Source: a bacterium (GTDB lineage: Bacteria > Acidobacteriota > Blastocatellia > HR10). From it: DNA of 64,000 nt. The translations under genes were made by a program, and so were the position numbers. The notes beneath the pieces were generated by a model. That model made no database searches. It worked only from the letters and a program-made list of their open reading frames with translations, and was not told the DNA's origin. This document shows, piece by piece, positions 1 through 10,260 of this stretch. Position 1 is the stretch's first letter; each line of letters begins with the position of its first letter. Location of the stretch: positions 154,845 through 218,844 of the forward strand of contig JBEPZV010000001.1 in assembly GCA_041640655.1 (NCBI GenBank), written 5' to 3'.

Positions 1-1
1 C

Positions 2-403
2 GCCGTGGGGATGGCTCAGGCGTGCCTGGACGAGGTCATCGCGTATGCGCGCGAGCGCGTCGTCTTCGGTCAGCCCATCGGGAAGTTCCAACTGGTCCAG
101 TCCAAGATCACCGATATGGTCGTGGGGATCGAGAGCGCGCGCTATCTGACTTACCGGCTGGCCTGGCTCAAGGACCAAGGCGTTCAGGATGTTCGCCGCG
201 AGGCCTCCATCGCCAAGATGGTCGCCACCGATGTCGCCCTCATGGCGGCCACTCACGCCGTGCAGATCTTCGGCGCCTACGGCTGTTCGGCCGAATATCC
301 CGTCAGCCGATACTATCGCGACGCCAAGGTCTTTCAGATCGTCGAGGGCGTCAATGAGCTGCATCGCGTGCTCATCGCCGAGTATACTCTGGGCTATCGC
401 TGA
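2..403 (+). CDS. acyl-CoA dehydrogenase, C-terminal fragment (5' end lies outside window)
   Basis: ORF 5..403; reading frame is open to the window edge; C-terminal ACAD helical-domain motifs (FGQPIGKFQ, IFGAYG, YRDAKVFQIVEG). Confidence 0.8.
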   Translation, partial: AVGMAQACLDEVIAYARERVVFGQPIGKFQLVQSKITDMVVGIESARYLTYRLAWLKDQGVQDVRREASIAKMVATDVALMAATHAVQIFGAYGCSAEYPVSRYYRDAKVFQIVEGVNELHRVLIAEYTLGYR

Positions 404-420
404 CGTGAGGGAGAGGGCTT

Positions 421-1818
421 ATGGCGAAGTACGACGTCGTCATCATCGGCGCCGGAGCCGCCGGACTGACGGCCGGAGCCCTGTTGGCCAAGTTCGGGAA
501 GCGGGTGCTCATCCTGGAACGCGACGCCTATCTCGGCGGCCGCGCTATGGCCATCCCTTATGAGGGGTATCGGCTCAACCTCGGTGGCCATCTCCTCGAG
601 GATAGCGGATCGGGCATCACCCGGATCTTCCAGTTCCTCGGGAAGCGGCTCGAGCACGGTGTCGTCAATCAGGGCCTCCCCTTCTGGGACAATCGCGACG
701 GACGATGGCGGCCCATCCAGGAGCGCTATCGCGTGGAGAAGGGCGAGCTGAAGAAGATCATCCGCATCCTCTGCGAGACCGATTTCTCGGAGTTCGACCG
801 CTACGATCATCTCCCCCTGCGAGCGTGGCTCCTGGAGCATACGCGCAGCGAGGGCATCATCGAGCTGTTCGAGTACATCGCCATGGCGGAATGTCTCACC
901 GAGCGGTGGTACGATCACTCGGCCAGCGATAATCTCTACGTGCGCAAGATGCATTATCAGGAGAAGCAAACGGCAGGATATTCCTTCTGGCCCGTCGGCG
1001 GATGGGACGGGATGTTCCACACCCTCGCCGAGGCCGTTCGCGAACGTGGGGGAGAGATCCGACTGCACACGCGCGCCCATCGCGTGCTCATCGAGAACGG
1101 GCGCGTGACGGCCGTGGCCCTGGAGCCGGTAGAGAAGGCCATCCCCACGGAAGCCTTCAACCTGGAGTATGTGGAGACAGATGTGGTCATCTCCACCCTG
1201 CCCGTCTGGAACGTCCTGGAGGTCGTGCGCGAGCAGGATCTGCCCGATTGGTACGTGGCCCAGGTGAAGACGCTCGCGCAGGATCGCTTCCGCGTCTGCT
1301 GGCTGGGCTTTTACGTCGCCTGTCACGAGCCGATCACCACGGGCACGTCGCTCACGGAGCTGGCCGTGTGGTTCGAAGCCCCATACAGCCGATTGCCCGG
1401 ATGGGCGTTTCTGGTCTCGGGGATGGATCCGACGACGGCTCCCGAGGGGAAACACTTGTTCAACTGCGGATTCGCGTTCCAGGGCGTGCGCGACCGGGAA
1501 TGGATCGAGCGGAAGTTCGAGGAGGCCGAGCGCGACCTGGCCGCCATGTACCCGACGACGTTCACGCCGAGGAACATCATCTGGAAGAAGCGCCACCTGG
1601 TGATGTATCCCCCCTTCGGCGTCATTCAAAAGCCGTGTCTGGTCGGTCGCTACCGACCCGATTATCGCGCACCGAACGTGGAGGGGTTATACTTCGCCTC
1701 GGAGACCTTTCGCTCGCGTGGCATCGGCGTGGATCGCGCCGCGCGCGCGGCCTTGACCTGCGTCGAACAGATCCTGGGCTTTCGCATCCCGGAGTTCGCC
1801 GATTCATGGCATTACTGA
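421..1818 (+). CDS. NAD(P)/FAD-dependent oxidoreductase (phytoene-desaturase-like family)
   Basis: N-terminal Rossmann dinucleotide motif VVIIGAGAAGLTAG; ATG at 421 preceded by GAGGGAGAGG ribosome-binding site; 465 aa. Confidence 0.75.
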   Translation: MAKYDVVIIGAGAAGLTAGALLAKFGKRVLILERDAYLGGRAMAIPYEGYRLNLGGHLLEDSGSGITRIFQFLGKRLEHGVVNQGLPFWDNRDGRWRPIQERYRVEKGELKKIIRILCETDFSEFDRYDHLPLRAWLLEHTRSEGIIELFEYIAMAECLTERWYDHSASDNLYVRKMHYQEKQTAGYSFWPVGGWDGMFHTLAEAVRERGGEIRLHTRAHRVLIENGRVTAVALEPVEKAIPTEAFNLEYVETDVVISTLPVWNVLEVVREQDLPDWYVAQVKTLAQDRFRVCWLGFYVACHEPITTGTSLTELAVWFEAPYSRLPGWAFLVSGMDPTTAPEGKHLFNCGFAFQGVRDREWIERKFEEAERDLAAMYPTTFTPRNIIWKKRHLVMYPPFGVIQKPCLVGRYRPDYRAPNVEGLYFASETFRSRGIGVDRAARAALTCVEQILGFRIPEFADSWHY

Positions 1819-1832
1819 GCAGGGGCGCGCCC

Positions 1833-2735
1833 ATGAGGAGCATCGAGCGAAAATCGCTGATCATCGACGAGCGGGAGGCCGCCTCCTGGATCCGCGATGG
1901 GATGACCATCGCCATCGGCGGCTTCATCAATTCGAGCCATCCGATGGCCATCGTGCGCCAGATCATCCGTCGGGGAGTGCGCGATCTCACGGTCATTGGA
2001 CCGGCCTCGGGCGGCCTCGATCTGGATCTCCTCATCGGAGCCGGATGCGTCCGGAAGCTCGTGACGGCTTACATGGGGGGCGAACACTACTGTCCGGTCG
2101 CCCCGATGTTCCGCGCCGCCGTCGAACGCGGGGAGCTCCAGGTTTGGGAGTGCGATGAGGGGATGTATTACTGCGCCCTGCGCGCGGCAGCCCAGCGCCT
2201 GCCCTTCACGCCGTGGAAGGCCGGGATCGGGACGTCGTTCCCCGACGTCAACCCGGACATCAAGGTCTTCCCCGATCCGATCACGGGCGAGCCGCTTCTG
2301 GCCATCCCGGCCATCAAGCCCGACATCGCCCTCATCTACGCCGCCCACGCCGATCCATACGGGAACATCCAACACATCGGGACGGGATTCGGCGATCGGG
2401 CCCTCTGGCGCGCCGCCGATCGGACGATCGTGCAGGTCGAGCGGATCATCCCCAACGAGGAGGTGCGGAAGAATCCGTTGGCGACATCCCTCTACGGCGT
2501 GGACGCGATCGTGCGCGCCCCCTACGGCTCGCATCCGTTCGCCGCGCCGGGCTACTACATCGAGGATGCCGAGCATCTGCGCGAATATGTGGCCGCGGCC
2601 ACCGCCTACGCCAAGCACGGCGATCGCGGACCCTTCGAGGCGTACCTGCGGCAATATGTCCTCGAGCCGGAGACGCATGCCGATTACCTGGAGGTCATCG
2701 GGATTCGCCGCCTCATCAGCTTGCACGAGTATTGA
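1833..2735 (+). CDS. CoA-transferase subunit A (glutaconate/3-oxoacid CoA-transferase family)
   Basis: Internal ATG at 1833 in ORF 1002..2735; the upstream part of that ORF overlaps the previous gene in another frame. CoA-transferase A motifs (IAIGGF, DPYGNIQ). Confidence 0.7.
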   Translation: MRSIERKSLIIDEREAASWIRDGMTIAIGGFINSSHPMAIVRQIIRRGVRDLTVIGPASGGLDLDLLIGAGCVRKLVTAYMGGEHYCPVAPMFRAAVERGELQVWECDEGMYYCALRAAAQRLPFTPWKAGIGTSFPDVNPDIKVFPDPITGEPLLAIPAIKPDIALIYAAHADPYGNIQHIGTGFGDRALWRAADRTIVQVERIIPNEEVRKNPLATSLYGVDAIVRAPYGSHPFAAPGYYIEDAEHLREYVAAATAYAKHGDRGPFEAYLRQYVLEPETHADYLEVIGIRRLISLHEY

Positions 2736-2738
2736 CCT

Positions 2739-3536
2739 ATGGCCAAGACGTCCGCCAGAGACTTCACGACCAAAGAACTCATCGCCGCCTTCATCGCCCA
2801 TCAGGTGCGCGATGGAGAGCGCGTGGCCGTCGGCGCCGGACTTCACGTGCCGCGCGCCGGGATCCTGCTGGCGCACCTGCTCTATTGCCCCAACGTGCGG
2901 CTCTACATCGTCATGACATTCACCAATCTGCTCAAGGAGCCGCGGATGGAGCCCTTCTACACGGTGACCGATTTCCGCCCGGCGAAATGGGCCGAAGCCT
3001 ACGTCCTGCACGACGATTTCCAAGAGAACCCCCGCCTGGTCTCAAATATGTTCGTCGTGGGCGCTCTGCAGATTGATCCCTACGGGAATTCGAACCTCAT
3101 CGGCGTCGGCCGGGACTATCACCGACTGAGCTTTCGTGGGCCCGGGGCGGTGGGCACGACCTCGATGGCCCATTACGTGGATCGCTACTACCTCTACGTG
3201 CAATCTCACGATCGGCGCATCTTCGTCGAGAAGTGCGACTTCATCTCCACCCTCGGTTGGGGAGAGGGGGGTCCCGATGGGCGCCGACGACTCGGCCTCC
3301 CCGATAACGGGCCGATCTATTGCATCACCCCGCTGGGCATCATGGACTTCGAGCCGCAGACCAAGCGCATGCGACTCAAGTCCGTCCATCCCGGCGTGAC
3401 CGTGGACGACGTGGTGCGAAACACGGGATTTGAGCTGATCATCCCCGATGTGGTGCCGGAGACCGAACCACCGACGGTCGAAGAGCTGCGCGTGCTTCGC
3501 GAGCGCATTGACGTGGAGGGGATGCTGCGACGATGA
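2739..3536 (+). CDS. CoA-transferase subunit B
   Basis: Adjacent to subunit A; subunit-B-like sequence (DPYGNSNLIG, conserved Glu region); 265 aa. Confidence 0.7.
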   Translation: MAKTSARDFTTKELIAAFIAHQVRDGERVAVGAGLHVPRAGILLAHLLYCPNVRLYIVMTFTNLLKEPRMEPFYTVTDFRPAKWAEAYVLHDDFQENPRLVSNMFVVGALQIDPYGNSNLIGVGRDYHRLSFRGPGAVGTTSMAHYVDRYYLYVQSHDRRIFVEKCDFISTLGWGEGGPDGRRRLGLPDNGPIYCITPLGIMDFEPQTKRMRLKSVHPGVTVDDVVRNTGFELIIPDVVPETEPPTVEELRVLRERIDVEGMLRR

Positions 3537-5443
3537 CCTGGAAACTCCTGGAGCCGATCACCTTCAGCGGTCTGCGCGTGAAGAATCGGATCGTCATGCC
3601 CCCCATGGGGATGGGGTATGCGAACGAGGACGGTACCGTCTCCGATCGCATGATCCGCTATTACCTCCGGCGGGCGCAAAGCGGCGTCGGCATGATCGTC
3701 ATCGAGAACTGCATCGTGGACCCTCAGGTCGTCGGCGTGGGACCGGAGCTGCGCATTCACGACGATCTCTACATCGAGGGATTGCGCCGGCTCGTGCGCG
3801 CGCTCAAGCCCTACGACGTCATCGTCGGCTTGCAGTTGAACCACATGGGGCGGCAAACGACCTTGGGCACGCCCGTCGCCCCCTCGCCCATCCCCATCTC
3901 GCCCAAAGGGCCGATCCCGCGCGCCCTCACGACGGAGGAGATTCGCGTCGTCGTGAGCGAATTCGTCGAGGGAGCGCGGCGCGCGCGCGAGGCCGGCTTC
4001 GACTTCGTCGAGATCCACGGCGCGCACGGATACCTCGTCTGCGAATTCCTCTCCCCGGCCTCCAATCGCCGGGAGGACGAGTATGGAGGCTCCCTGGAGG
4101 GCCGACTGCGCTTCCCCCTGGAGATCGTCGCGGGCATCCGCGAACGTGTGGGCGCGGATTTCCCCATTCAGTTTCGCCTCTCCGCTCAGGAATACGTGCC
4201 CGAGGGGTTGACGCTGGAGGAGACCCGCCAGGTCGCGCGGCGTCTGGAGCAGGCTGGCGTCAGCGCGATCAGCGTCTCCGCGGGGAATTGGCAAACGCTC
4301 CATTACATCATGGCGCCCATGTTCATGCCCAAGGGGTACCTCGTCGAGGACGCCGCGGCGATCAAATCCGCCGTGCACATCCCGGTCATCGCCGTCGGCC
4401 GCCTGCATGACGTCGCCGTGGCCGAGCGCGTCCTGCGCGAGGGGAAGGCCGATCTCATCGCCGTCGGCCGCGGGCTCATCGCCGATCCCGAATGGGCGAA
4501 GAAGGTGAGGGAAGACCGCATCGAGGACATCCGACCCTGCATCTCCTGCAACTATTGCGTGGACTTCGTCTCGCGGGCGCTAGAGGCGCGCTGTACGGTC
4601 AATGCCGAACTCGGCGAGGAGTTCACGTTCCATGTTCGACCGGCGCGACAGCGCAAGCGCATCGTCATCATCGGTGGCGGACCGGCCGGACTGGAGGCGG
4701 CGCGCGTGGCGGCCGAACGCGGGCACGAGGTCTGGCTCTTCGAGAAGGATCGGCGCCTGGGCGGGAAGCTCCACGTCTCGGCCGCCGCGCCCTCCAAGGC
4801 GGAGATCCATCGGTTCACGGAATATCTGATCCGCCAGATCCAGAAGCATCGCGTCCGCGTCGAATTGGGCGTGACGCTCACGCGCGAGGAGCTGCTCGGA
4901 GGACATCCCGACATCATCATCCTGGCGACGGGGAGCGTGCCCGCGATCCCTCCGCTTGTGGGCGCGGACCTCCCCATGGTGGCGCTCGCCGAAGACGTGC
5001 TGCTTGGGCGCACCACCGTGGGCCCTCGCGTGGTGATCGTGGGCGGAGGCGGAACCGGGTGCGACGTGGCCGAATATCTGCTCCATCGCGGCCACGAGCT
5101 GACGATCCTCGAACTGCTCTCGCATATCGGCCGGGGCGTGGAAGCCATCACCCGCCGCTACCTGTACTATGCGTTCAAAAAGGCGGGCGTGCGCCTGCTG
5201 ACGCGACACCGTATCGCGCGAATCGAGCCAGGACGGGCCATCGCACTCGATGAGCAGGATCGCGAACACCTCATCCCATGCGACTCCGTCGTCCTCGCCA
5301 TGGGATACCGGCCGAATGACGAGATGGCCTTCTGTCTGGAAGAGGACTTCCCCGTACCCGTGTATCGGATCGGGGATTGCGTCCGTCCGGGGACGATCCT
5401 GGACGCGGTGACCCAGGGCGCTCACCTGGCGGCGAAGCTGTGA
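3533..5443 (+). CDS. 2,4-dienoyl-CoA reductase-like flavoenzyme (OYE-type FMN domain fused to FAD/NAD(P)-binding domain)
   Basis: N-terminal old-yellow-enzyme TIM-barrel motifs, central Cys cluster CISCNYC, second Rossmann motif IVIIGGGPAGLEAA; ATGA overlap with upstream stop. Confidence 0.8.
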   Translation: MTWKLLEPITFSGLRVKNRIVMPPMGMGYANEDGTVSDRMIRYYLRRAQSGVGMIVIENCIVDPQVVGVGPELRIHDDLYIEGLRRLVRALKPYDVIVGLQLNHMGRQTTLGTPVAPSPIPISPKGPIPRALTTEEIRVVVSEFVEGARRAREAGFDFVEIHGAHGYLVCEFLSPASNRREDEYGGSLEGRLRFPLEIVAGIRERVGADFPIQFRLSAQEYVPEGLTLEETRQVARRLEQAGVSAISVSAGNWQTLHYIMAPMFMPKGYLVEDAAAIKSAVHIPVIAVGRLHDVAVAERVLREGKADLIAVGRGLIADPEWAKKVREDRIEDIRPCISCNYCVDFVSRALEARCTVNAELGEEFTFHVRPARQRKRIVIIGGGPAGLEAARVAAERGHEVWLFEKDRRLGGKLHVSAAAPSKAEIHRFTEYLIRQIQKHRVRVELGVTLTREELLGGHPDIIILATGSVPAIPPLVGADLPMVALAEDVLLGRTTVGPRVVIVGGGGTGCDVAEYLLHRGHELTILELLSHIGRGVEAITRRYLYYAFKKAGVRLLTRHRIARIEPGRAIALDEQDREHLIPCDSVVLAMGYRPNDEMAFCLEEDFPVPVYRIGDCVRPGTILDAVTQGAHLAAKL

Positions 5444-5552
5444 GCCGATGCCGGGGCCTCAAGCGTTCCCTCGACGCGCGCGGGCTTGCCCGGCGCCGGC
5501 GCCGTGCGGCAAGCTTGAAGCGCGGGGCATCTTCGCGAAAGGAGGAGAAGAC

Positions 5553-6233
5553 GTGGTCGTCGCACGAGGACGCGCCAGACGACACCCCGGCGAAGAGGGG
5601 GAACGCTTCGAGGAGATCTTGAGGGCCGCCGCCGAACTCTTCTATGAGAAGGGATATCACGCGACAACGATGCAGGACGTCGCCGATCGGGTGGGGATGC
5701 TCAAGGGATCGCTCTACTACTACATCGACTCCAAAGAGGACCTGCTCTACATCACGCTCGATCAGGTCATCAAAAAGGGCGACGATTATTTCCTGCAGAA
5801 GGTCGCTTCAGCGCGCGATCCGATCGAGAAGCTGCGCCGCGCCATCGAGGCCGAGATCGAATACGTCATCCGAGATCAGGTGACCGTCGGGCTTTTCCTG
5901 CATGAGTTCGACACGCTCTCGGATCGGCGCCGCCGTCGTATCCTCGCCCGCATGCGCCGGTTCCAGAATCGCTACATCGAGATCATCCGCGAGGGACAAG
6001 CGGCGGGCGTCTTCCGCGAGCTCGATCCTCGGCTGGTGGTCTACGGGATCCTCGGCATGTGCAATTGGGTGTATCGGTGGTATCGGCCCGATCTCGGGTT
6101 CCCGCTCGAGCAGATCACCGCCGTCTTCACCCGCCTCATCCTCGACGGCATCGTGAAGCCGGACGCCAGGCCGGATTCGTCCAGAGCGCGGAGACGATCG
6201 GGGCGGACACCGAGATCGCGTCCCTCGAGATGA
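5553..6233 (+). CDS. TetR/AcrR family transcriptional regulator
   Basis: TetR helix-turn-helix region (ILRAAAELFYEKGYHATTMQDVADRVGMLKGSLYYY). GTG start at 5553 chosen because of upstream AAAGGAGGA; the ORF could begin further upstream. Confidence 0.65.
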   Translation: MVVARGRARRHPGEEGERFEEILRAAAELFYEKGYHATTMQDVADRVGMLKGSLYYYIDSKEDLLYITLDQVIKKGDDYFLQKVASARDPIEKLRRAIEAEIEYVIRDQVTVGLFLHEFDTLSDRRRRRILARMRRFQNRYIEIIREGQAAGVFRELDPRLVVYGILGMCNWVYRWYRPDLGFPLEQITAVFTRLILDGIVKPDARPDSSRARRRSGRTPRSRPSR

Positions 6234-6302
6234 CGTGGGCGCGCCCGTCCCGAATCGCGAGACGGGACGCCGTGAGAGAATCCGCATGAGGAGGTGAGGG
6301 CC

Positions 6303-7508
6303 ATGGTCGCGCACCGTTCGGAGAAGAACGTCCCCCTCGACGGGGGATTGAATTTCGACCTCGGCAAGGAGAAGGAGCTGCTGCGACAGAATATCCGCGC
6401 GTTCGTCGAACGCGAGTGTCCGCGCGAGTACGTGCGCGAGCTGGATGAGCGGGAGGAATATCCGGAGCGCATCTGGCAGAAGCTCGCCGAATACGGGTTT
6501 CTGCAACTCCCCGTTCCGGAATCCTACGGGGGAATCGGGGGGGATATCGTGGATCTGGCCATCGTCACCGAGGAGCTGGCGCGACGCAGCGGGGCCATCG
6601 CCCTGACGTTCTGGATGTCCGCATGCTTCGGCGCCATGACGCTGAATCTGGTGGGGACCGAGGAGCAGAAGCGGCGGTATCTGCCCCTGCTCGCCGAGGG
6701 GAAGATCAAGTTCGCTATCTCCCTGACCGAGCCCGATGGTGGGACTGACGTGGCCGGAGCCATGAAGACGCGCGCGGTCGAGGATGGCGACGGATACGTG
6801 ATCACGGGACAGAAGGTGTGGACGACGGCGGCTCACGTCTCCGATTACCTGATCGTCTTCGCGCGCACAAACGAGAACGTCGCGAAGCGGGTGGATGGCA
6901 TCTCGGCCTTCCTCGTGGACCGGCGCACGCCGGGCATCACGCTGCGGAGGTTGGAGAAGATCGGTATCCGCGCCACGCCATCCTTCGAGGTCTTCTACGA
7001 TCAGGTGCGCGTCCCGCGGGAGAATCTGCTCGGAGAGCGGGATAAGGGGCTCTATCAGTTGTTCGGCATGCTCAACGAGGAGCGCATCCTCACGGCCGCC
7101 ATGTGCGTGGGCGAAGCTCAAGGGGCCTTCGAGGACGCGCTCGCGTACGCCAAGCAGCGGCAGGCCTTCGGCAAGCCGATCGGCCAATTTCAAGCCATTC
7201 AGCACAAGCTCTCGTGGATGTACACGAAGCTGGAGCTGGCGCGGTTGATCACCTACAAGGCGGCCTGGCTGCAATCGCAGGGACGAGACTGCGCCCTCGA
7301 GGCCAATATGGCGAAGCTCGTGGCGGCCAACTTCGGTTTCGAGATCGCCGACATGGGGATGCAGATTCTCGGCGGATACTGCTACAGCCGCGAATACGAT
7401 ATGCAGCGCTACTGGCGCGACGTGCGGCTGCATCGCGTCGGCCCGATCTCCGACGAGATGGTGCTGAATTTCATCGGAGAGCGCCTGGGCTTGCCGCGCA
7501 GCTATTGA
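6303..7508 (+). CDS. acyl-CoA dehydrogenase
   Basis: Full ACAD architecture, 400 aa; ATG at 6303 after GGAGGTGAGGG. Confidence 0.85.
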   Translation: MVAHRSEKNVPLDGGLNFDLGKEKELLRQNIRAFVERECPREYVRELDEREEYPERIWQKLAEYGFLQLPVPESYGGIGGDIVDLAIVTEELARRSGAIALTFWMSACFGAMTLNLVGTEEQKRRYLPLLAEGKIKFAISLTEPDGGTDVAGAMKTRAVEDGDGYVITGQKVWTTAAHVSDYLIVFARTNENVAKRVDGISAFLVDRRTPGITLRRLEKIGIRATPSFEVFYDQVRVPRENLLGERDKGLYQLFGMLNEERILTAAMCVGEAQGAFEDALAYAKQRQAFGKPIGQFQAIQHKLSWMYTKLELARLITYKAAWLQSQGRDCALEANMAKLVAANFGFEIADMGMQILGGYCYSREYDMQRYWRDVRLHRVGPISDEMVLNFIGERLGLPRSY

Positions 7509-7521
7509 TGCGGGGGAGGCG

Positions 7522-8346
7522 ATGCTCTCGCTCGAGGGGAAGGTCGCCATCGTGACCGGATCGGGACGCGGGATCGGACGCGCCACGGTCCTGACCCTGG
7601 CGGCGCTCGGCGCCCGCGTCGTCATCAATGATGTGGACGAGGAGCCGGCGCGCGAGACCGAAGCCCTCGTGCGCCAGCGGGGCGGACACGCGGTCGTCCT
7701 GATCGGGAGCGTCGCGCGCTCGGACGTGGCTCCGGCGCTTGTGCGCGCGGCCCTCACGCACTTCGGAGAGCTCGATATCCTCGTCAATAACGCCGGAGTC
7801 ACCGCCGATGCCATGCTCCACCGGATGACCGACGAACAATACGACCGCGTCATGGACGTCGTGCTGCGCGGCACGTTCTACGGCATGCGCGCGGCGGCGG
7901 CTTATTTCCGGGAGGCCTTCCGACAGGACCAGCAGCGCGGCGCGCGCGTGCACCGCAAGATCATCAACGTCAGCTCGATCGCCGGTATTCACGGGGCCGT
8001 CGGCAACGCCAACTACGCCGCGGCCAAGGCCGGAGTGATCGGCTTGACCAAGGCCGCCGCCCGCGAGCTGGCGCCCTTTCTGGTCAACGTGAACGCGGTC
8101 GCCCCCGGCTTCATCGAAACCCGTTTGACCGCTGCGCGCGACGCGACCGCCTCACCCGAGCTTGGCCTTCCCCCATCGGTGCGCGAGCGCATCCTGCAAC
8201 AGATGCCTTTCGGGCGTCCCGGATATCCGGAGGATGTGGCCGCGGCCATCGCGTTCCTGGCCTCTCCGCATGCCGATTTCATCACCGGACAGGTCCTGCA
8301 GATTGATGGCGGATTGGAGTTCATCAATCCCGTCTCCGGGACATAA
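7522..8346 (+). CDS. SDR family oxidoreductase (3-oxoacyl-ACP reductase-like)
   Basis: TGSGRGIGRA glycine motif, NNAG, catalytic YAAAK. Confidence 0.85.
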   Translation: MLSLEGKVAIVTGSGRGIGRATVLTLAALGARVVINDVDEEPARETEALVRQRGGHAVVLIGSVARSDVAPALVRAALTHFGELDILVNNAGVTADAMLHRMTDEQYDRVMDVVLRGTFYGMRAAAAYFREAFRQDQQRGARVHRKIINVSSIAGIHGAVGNANYAAAKAGVIGLTKAAARELAPFLVNVNAVAPGFIETRLTAARDATASPELGLPPSVRERILQQMPFGRPGYPEDVAAAIAFLASPHADFITGQVLQIDGGLEFINPVSGT

Positions 8347-8380
8347 CCGATCCTCACATCGCCGCAGGGAGGACGTCACC

Positions 8381-8869
8381 ATGCCGAAACTGAAGTTCGA
8401 TCACATCGCTTTTCTAGTGCGCGATCTGGATCAGGCCGTGCGGGATTATCAGCAGATCCTGAGCGTCCTCGACCCGGAACAGGCGGAGCAGGTCGTCTGG
8501 GACGAGGGCGAAGCCGATGGCTATAAGCTCCGCTGGGCAACCTTCGTCAATCCCCACGGGACCTCGATCCAATTCTTCGAGAGTCAGCACCCGGCCGATC
8601 AAAAGCTCTTGGAGAAGTACGGCGAGCGCGTGCATCATCTGGCGTTCACGACGAGCGATCTCCCGCAGACGATCGCGGAGTTGCAAAAGGCGGGCATTCC
8701 GCTGATCAGCGCCGAGCCCACGGGGCCATCGCATATCCCCTGGTTGAAGTGGGTCTTCGTTCCTCCGCGCAAGGCGCACGGCGTGCTCATCGAGGTCGCC
8801 ACGCGCTATCGCGTGGAGAATAACCGATGGGTGCCCGATGTGGAGGGAGGAGACGAGGCATCGTCCTGA
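8381..8869 (+). CDS. VOC/glyoxalase-family protein (methylmalonyl-CoA-epimerase-like)
   Basis: Internal ATG at 8381 after GGGAGG; motifs HIAFLVRDLDQAV and HHLAF typical of the VOC fold. Confidence 0.6.
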   Translation: MPKLKFDHIAFLVRDLDQAVRDYQQILSVLDPEQAEQVVWDEGEADGYKLRWATFVNPHGTSIQFFESQHPADQKLLEKYGERVHHLAFTTSDLPQTIAELQKAGIPLISAEPTGPSHIPWLKWVFVPPRKAHGVLIEVATRYRVENNRWVPDVEGGDEASS

Positions 8870-8883
8870 GCGGAGGACCGAGC

Positions 8884-10260
8884 ATGGCGTCGGGGGAGCA
8901 CCGATCCGAGGCGTACTTCGAACCGCAGTGGGAGTTGATGCCGCGCGAACAGCTCGAGGCCGTGCGGCTGCAGAAGTTGCACCGGCAACTCCGCTACGCG
9001 TACGAGGCGTCGGCCTTCTACCGGGAGAAGTTTCATCAGGCGGGGGCGCGCCCCCAGGACATCCGCACGCTCGAGGATCTCCGCCGGTTGCCGATCTTCA
9101 TCACGCCGGAGATTCATCGGGAGAGCCAGGAGCAGTCGCTGCGCGAGGAGGGACATCCCTTCGGGATGTTCCTCTGCGCGCCCCCGGAGCAGGTCATCGC
9201 CGTGGCGGCGACCTCGGGGACCACGGGAGAGCCCACCTTCTACGCCTTCACCCGACAAGATGTGGAGGTGACCAACCGCCTCTGGGCGCGCGCCTTCTGG
9301 CGCGCGGGGATCAGACCGGGCGATACGGTGATGCACGCCTTCGGCTTGAGCATGTTCCTGGCCGGAGTCCCCGTCGTCCGCGCCCTGGAATGGATGGGCG
9401 CGCGCCCCATCCCCTGCGGGGCCGAGGCCGGAAGCGAGCGCTTGCTGAAGCTCATCCGGTGGACGCGCCCGCGCGCGCTGCTGTGCACGCCCTCATACGC
9501 CGAGTATCTGATCGAGGTCGCCCCCAAGGTCCTCGGCTGCGACGTCGGCGATCTGGGCATCGAGATCATCTGCTGCGCGGGCGAGCCGGGAGCCGGATTG
9601 CCGGAGGTTCGCCGCAAGATTCAGGACGCCTACGGCGCGCGCCTCTACGATATGCTCGGGGGCGCTCATGGGATCATGAACGTCTCCTGCGAGGCCTCCG
9701 AATACCAGGGGATGCATGTCCTCGGCGATGACTTCTCCGTCTCCGACGACCTCGTGGATCCGGAGACGAAGGAGCCCATCCCCCTCACAGAGGGAGCCAT
9801 CGGCGAGCGGGTGAAGACGGCACTGCAGTGGGAGGCGCAGCCGCCGATCCGATACTCCGTCGGGGACATCTATCAGGTGTTCACCGAGCCGTGCCCCTGC
9901 GGGCGACCGGGACCGCGGATCAAGGTGCTCGGGCGCGTGGATGATCTGCTGATCGTCAAGGGCGTCAAGGTGTACCCGGCGGCCGTGAAGAACCTCGTGG
10001 AATCGTTCGGCCCACGCACGACCGGAGAGATGCGCATCGTGCTCGAGGCACCGGGACCACGGGTGACGCCCCCGCTGCGGCTGCGCGTCGAATATCGCGC
10101 TGGTCTGGAGGGCGAACAGATCGAGCGCCTCAAGGCGGAGATCGCCGAGGCTATGCACCACCGATTGCGCGTGCGCCCGGAGATCGAGATGGTCCCCGAA
10201 GGGACGCTCCCGCGCACGGCCCATAAGACGACGCTCATCGAACGACGATACGCCAGATGA
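8884..10260 (+). CDS. phenylacetate-CoA ligase-like adenylate-forming enzyme (PaaK/F390-synthetase family)
   Basis: AMP-binding motif SSGTTGEPT and PaaK-like overall organisation; start at internal ATG 8884. Confidence 0.7.
   Translation: MASGEHRSEAYFEPQWELMPREQLEAVRLQKLHRQLRYAYEASAFYREKFHQAGARPQDIRTLEDLRRLPIFITPEIHRESQEQSLREEGHPFGMFLCAPPEQVIAVAATSGTTGEPTFYAFTRQDVEVTNRLWARAFWRAGIRPGDTVMHAFGLSMFLAGVPVVRALEWMGARPIPCGAEAGSERLLKLIRWTRPRALLCTPSYAEYLIEVAPKVLGCDVGDLGIEIICCAGEPGAGLPEVRRKIQDAYGARLYDMLGGAHGIMNVSCEASEYQGMHVLGDDFSVSDDLVDPETKEPIPLTEGAIGERVKTALQWEAQPPIRYSVGDIYQVFTEPCPCGRPGPRIKVLGRVDDLLIVKGVKVYPAAVKNLVESFGPRTTGEMRIVLEAPGPRVTPPLRLRVEYRAGLEGEQIERLKAEIAEAMHHRLRVRPEIEMVPEGTLPRTAHKTTLIERRYAR

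Noticed and set aside
1002-1832. Upstream 277 codons of the long ORF 1002..2735, lying over the FAD-oxidoreductase gene in another frame
   Set aside because: The translated stretch is Arg/Gly/Pro-rich and low-complexity, with no CoA-transferase homology before residue 278. The true gene starts at ATG 1833, right after the upstream stop.
3317-4410. Alternative-frame ORFs (3448..4410 plus strand, 3317..4408 minus strand) across the dienoyl-CoA reductase gene
   Set aside because: No domain signatures and Arg-rich composition. The OYE-like frame is clearly the coding one.
5808-7874. 688-aa minus-strand ORF antisense to the TetR, ACAD and SDR genes
   Set aside because: Typical high-GC antisense open frame. 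The translated sequence is Arg/Pro/Ala-rich and low-complexity. It overlaps three well-supported plus-strand genes.
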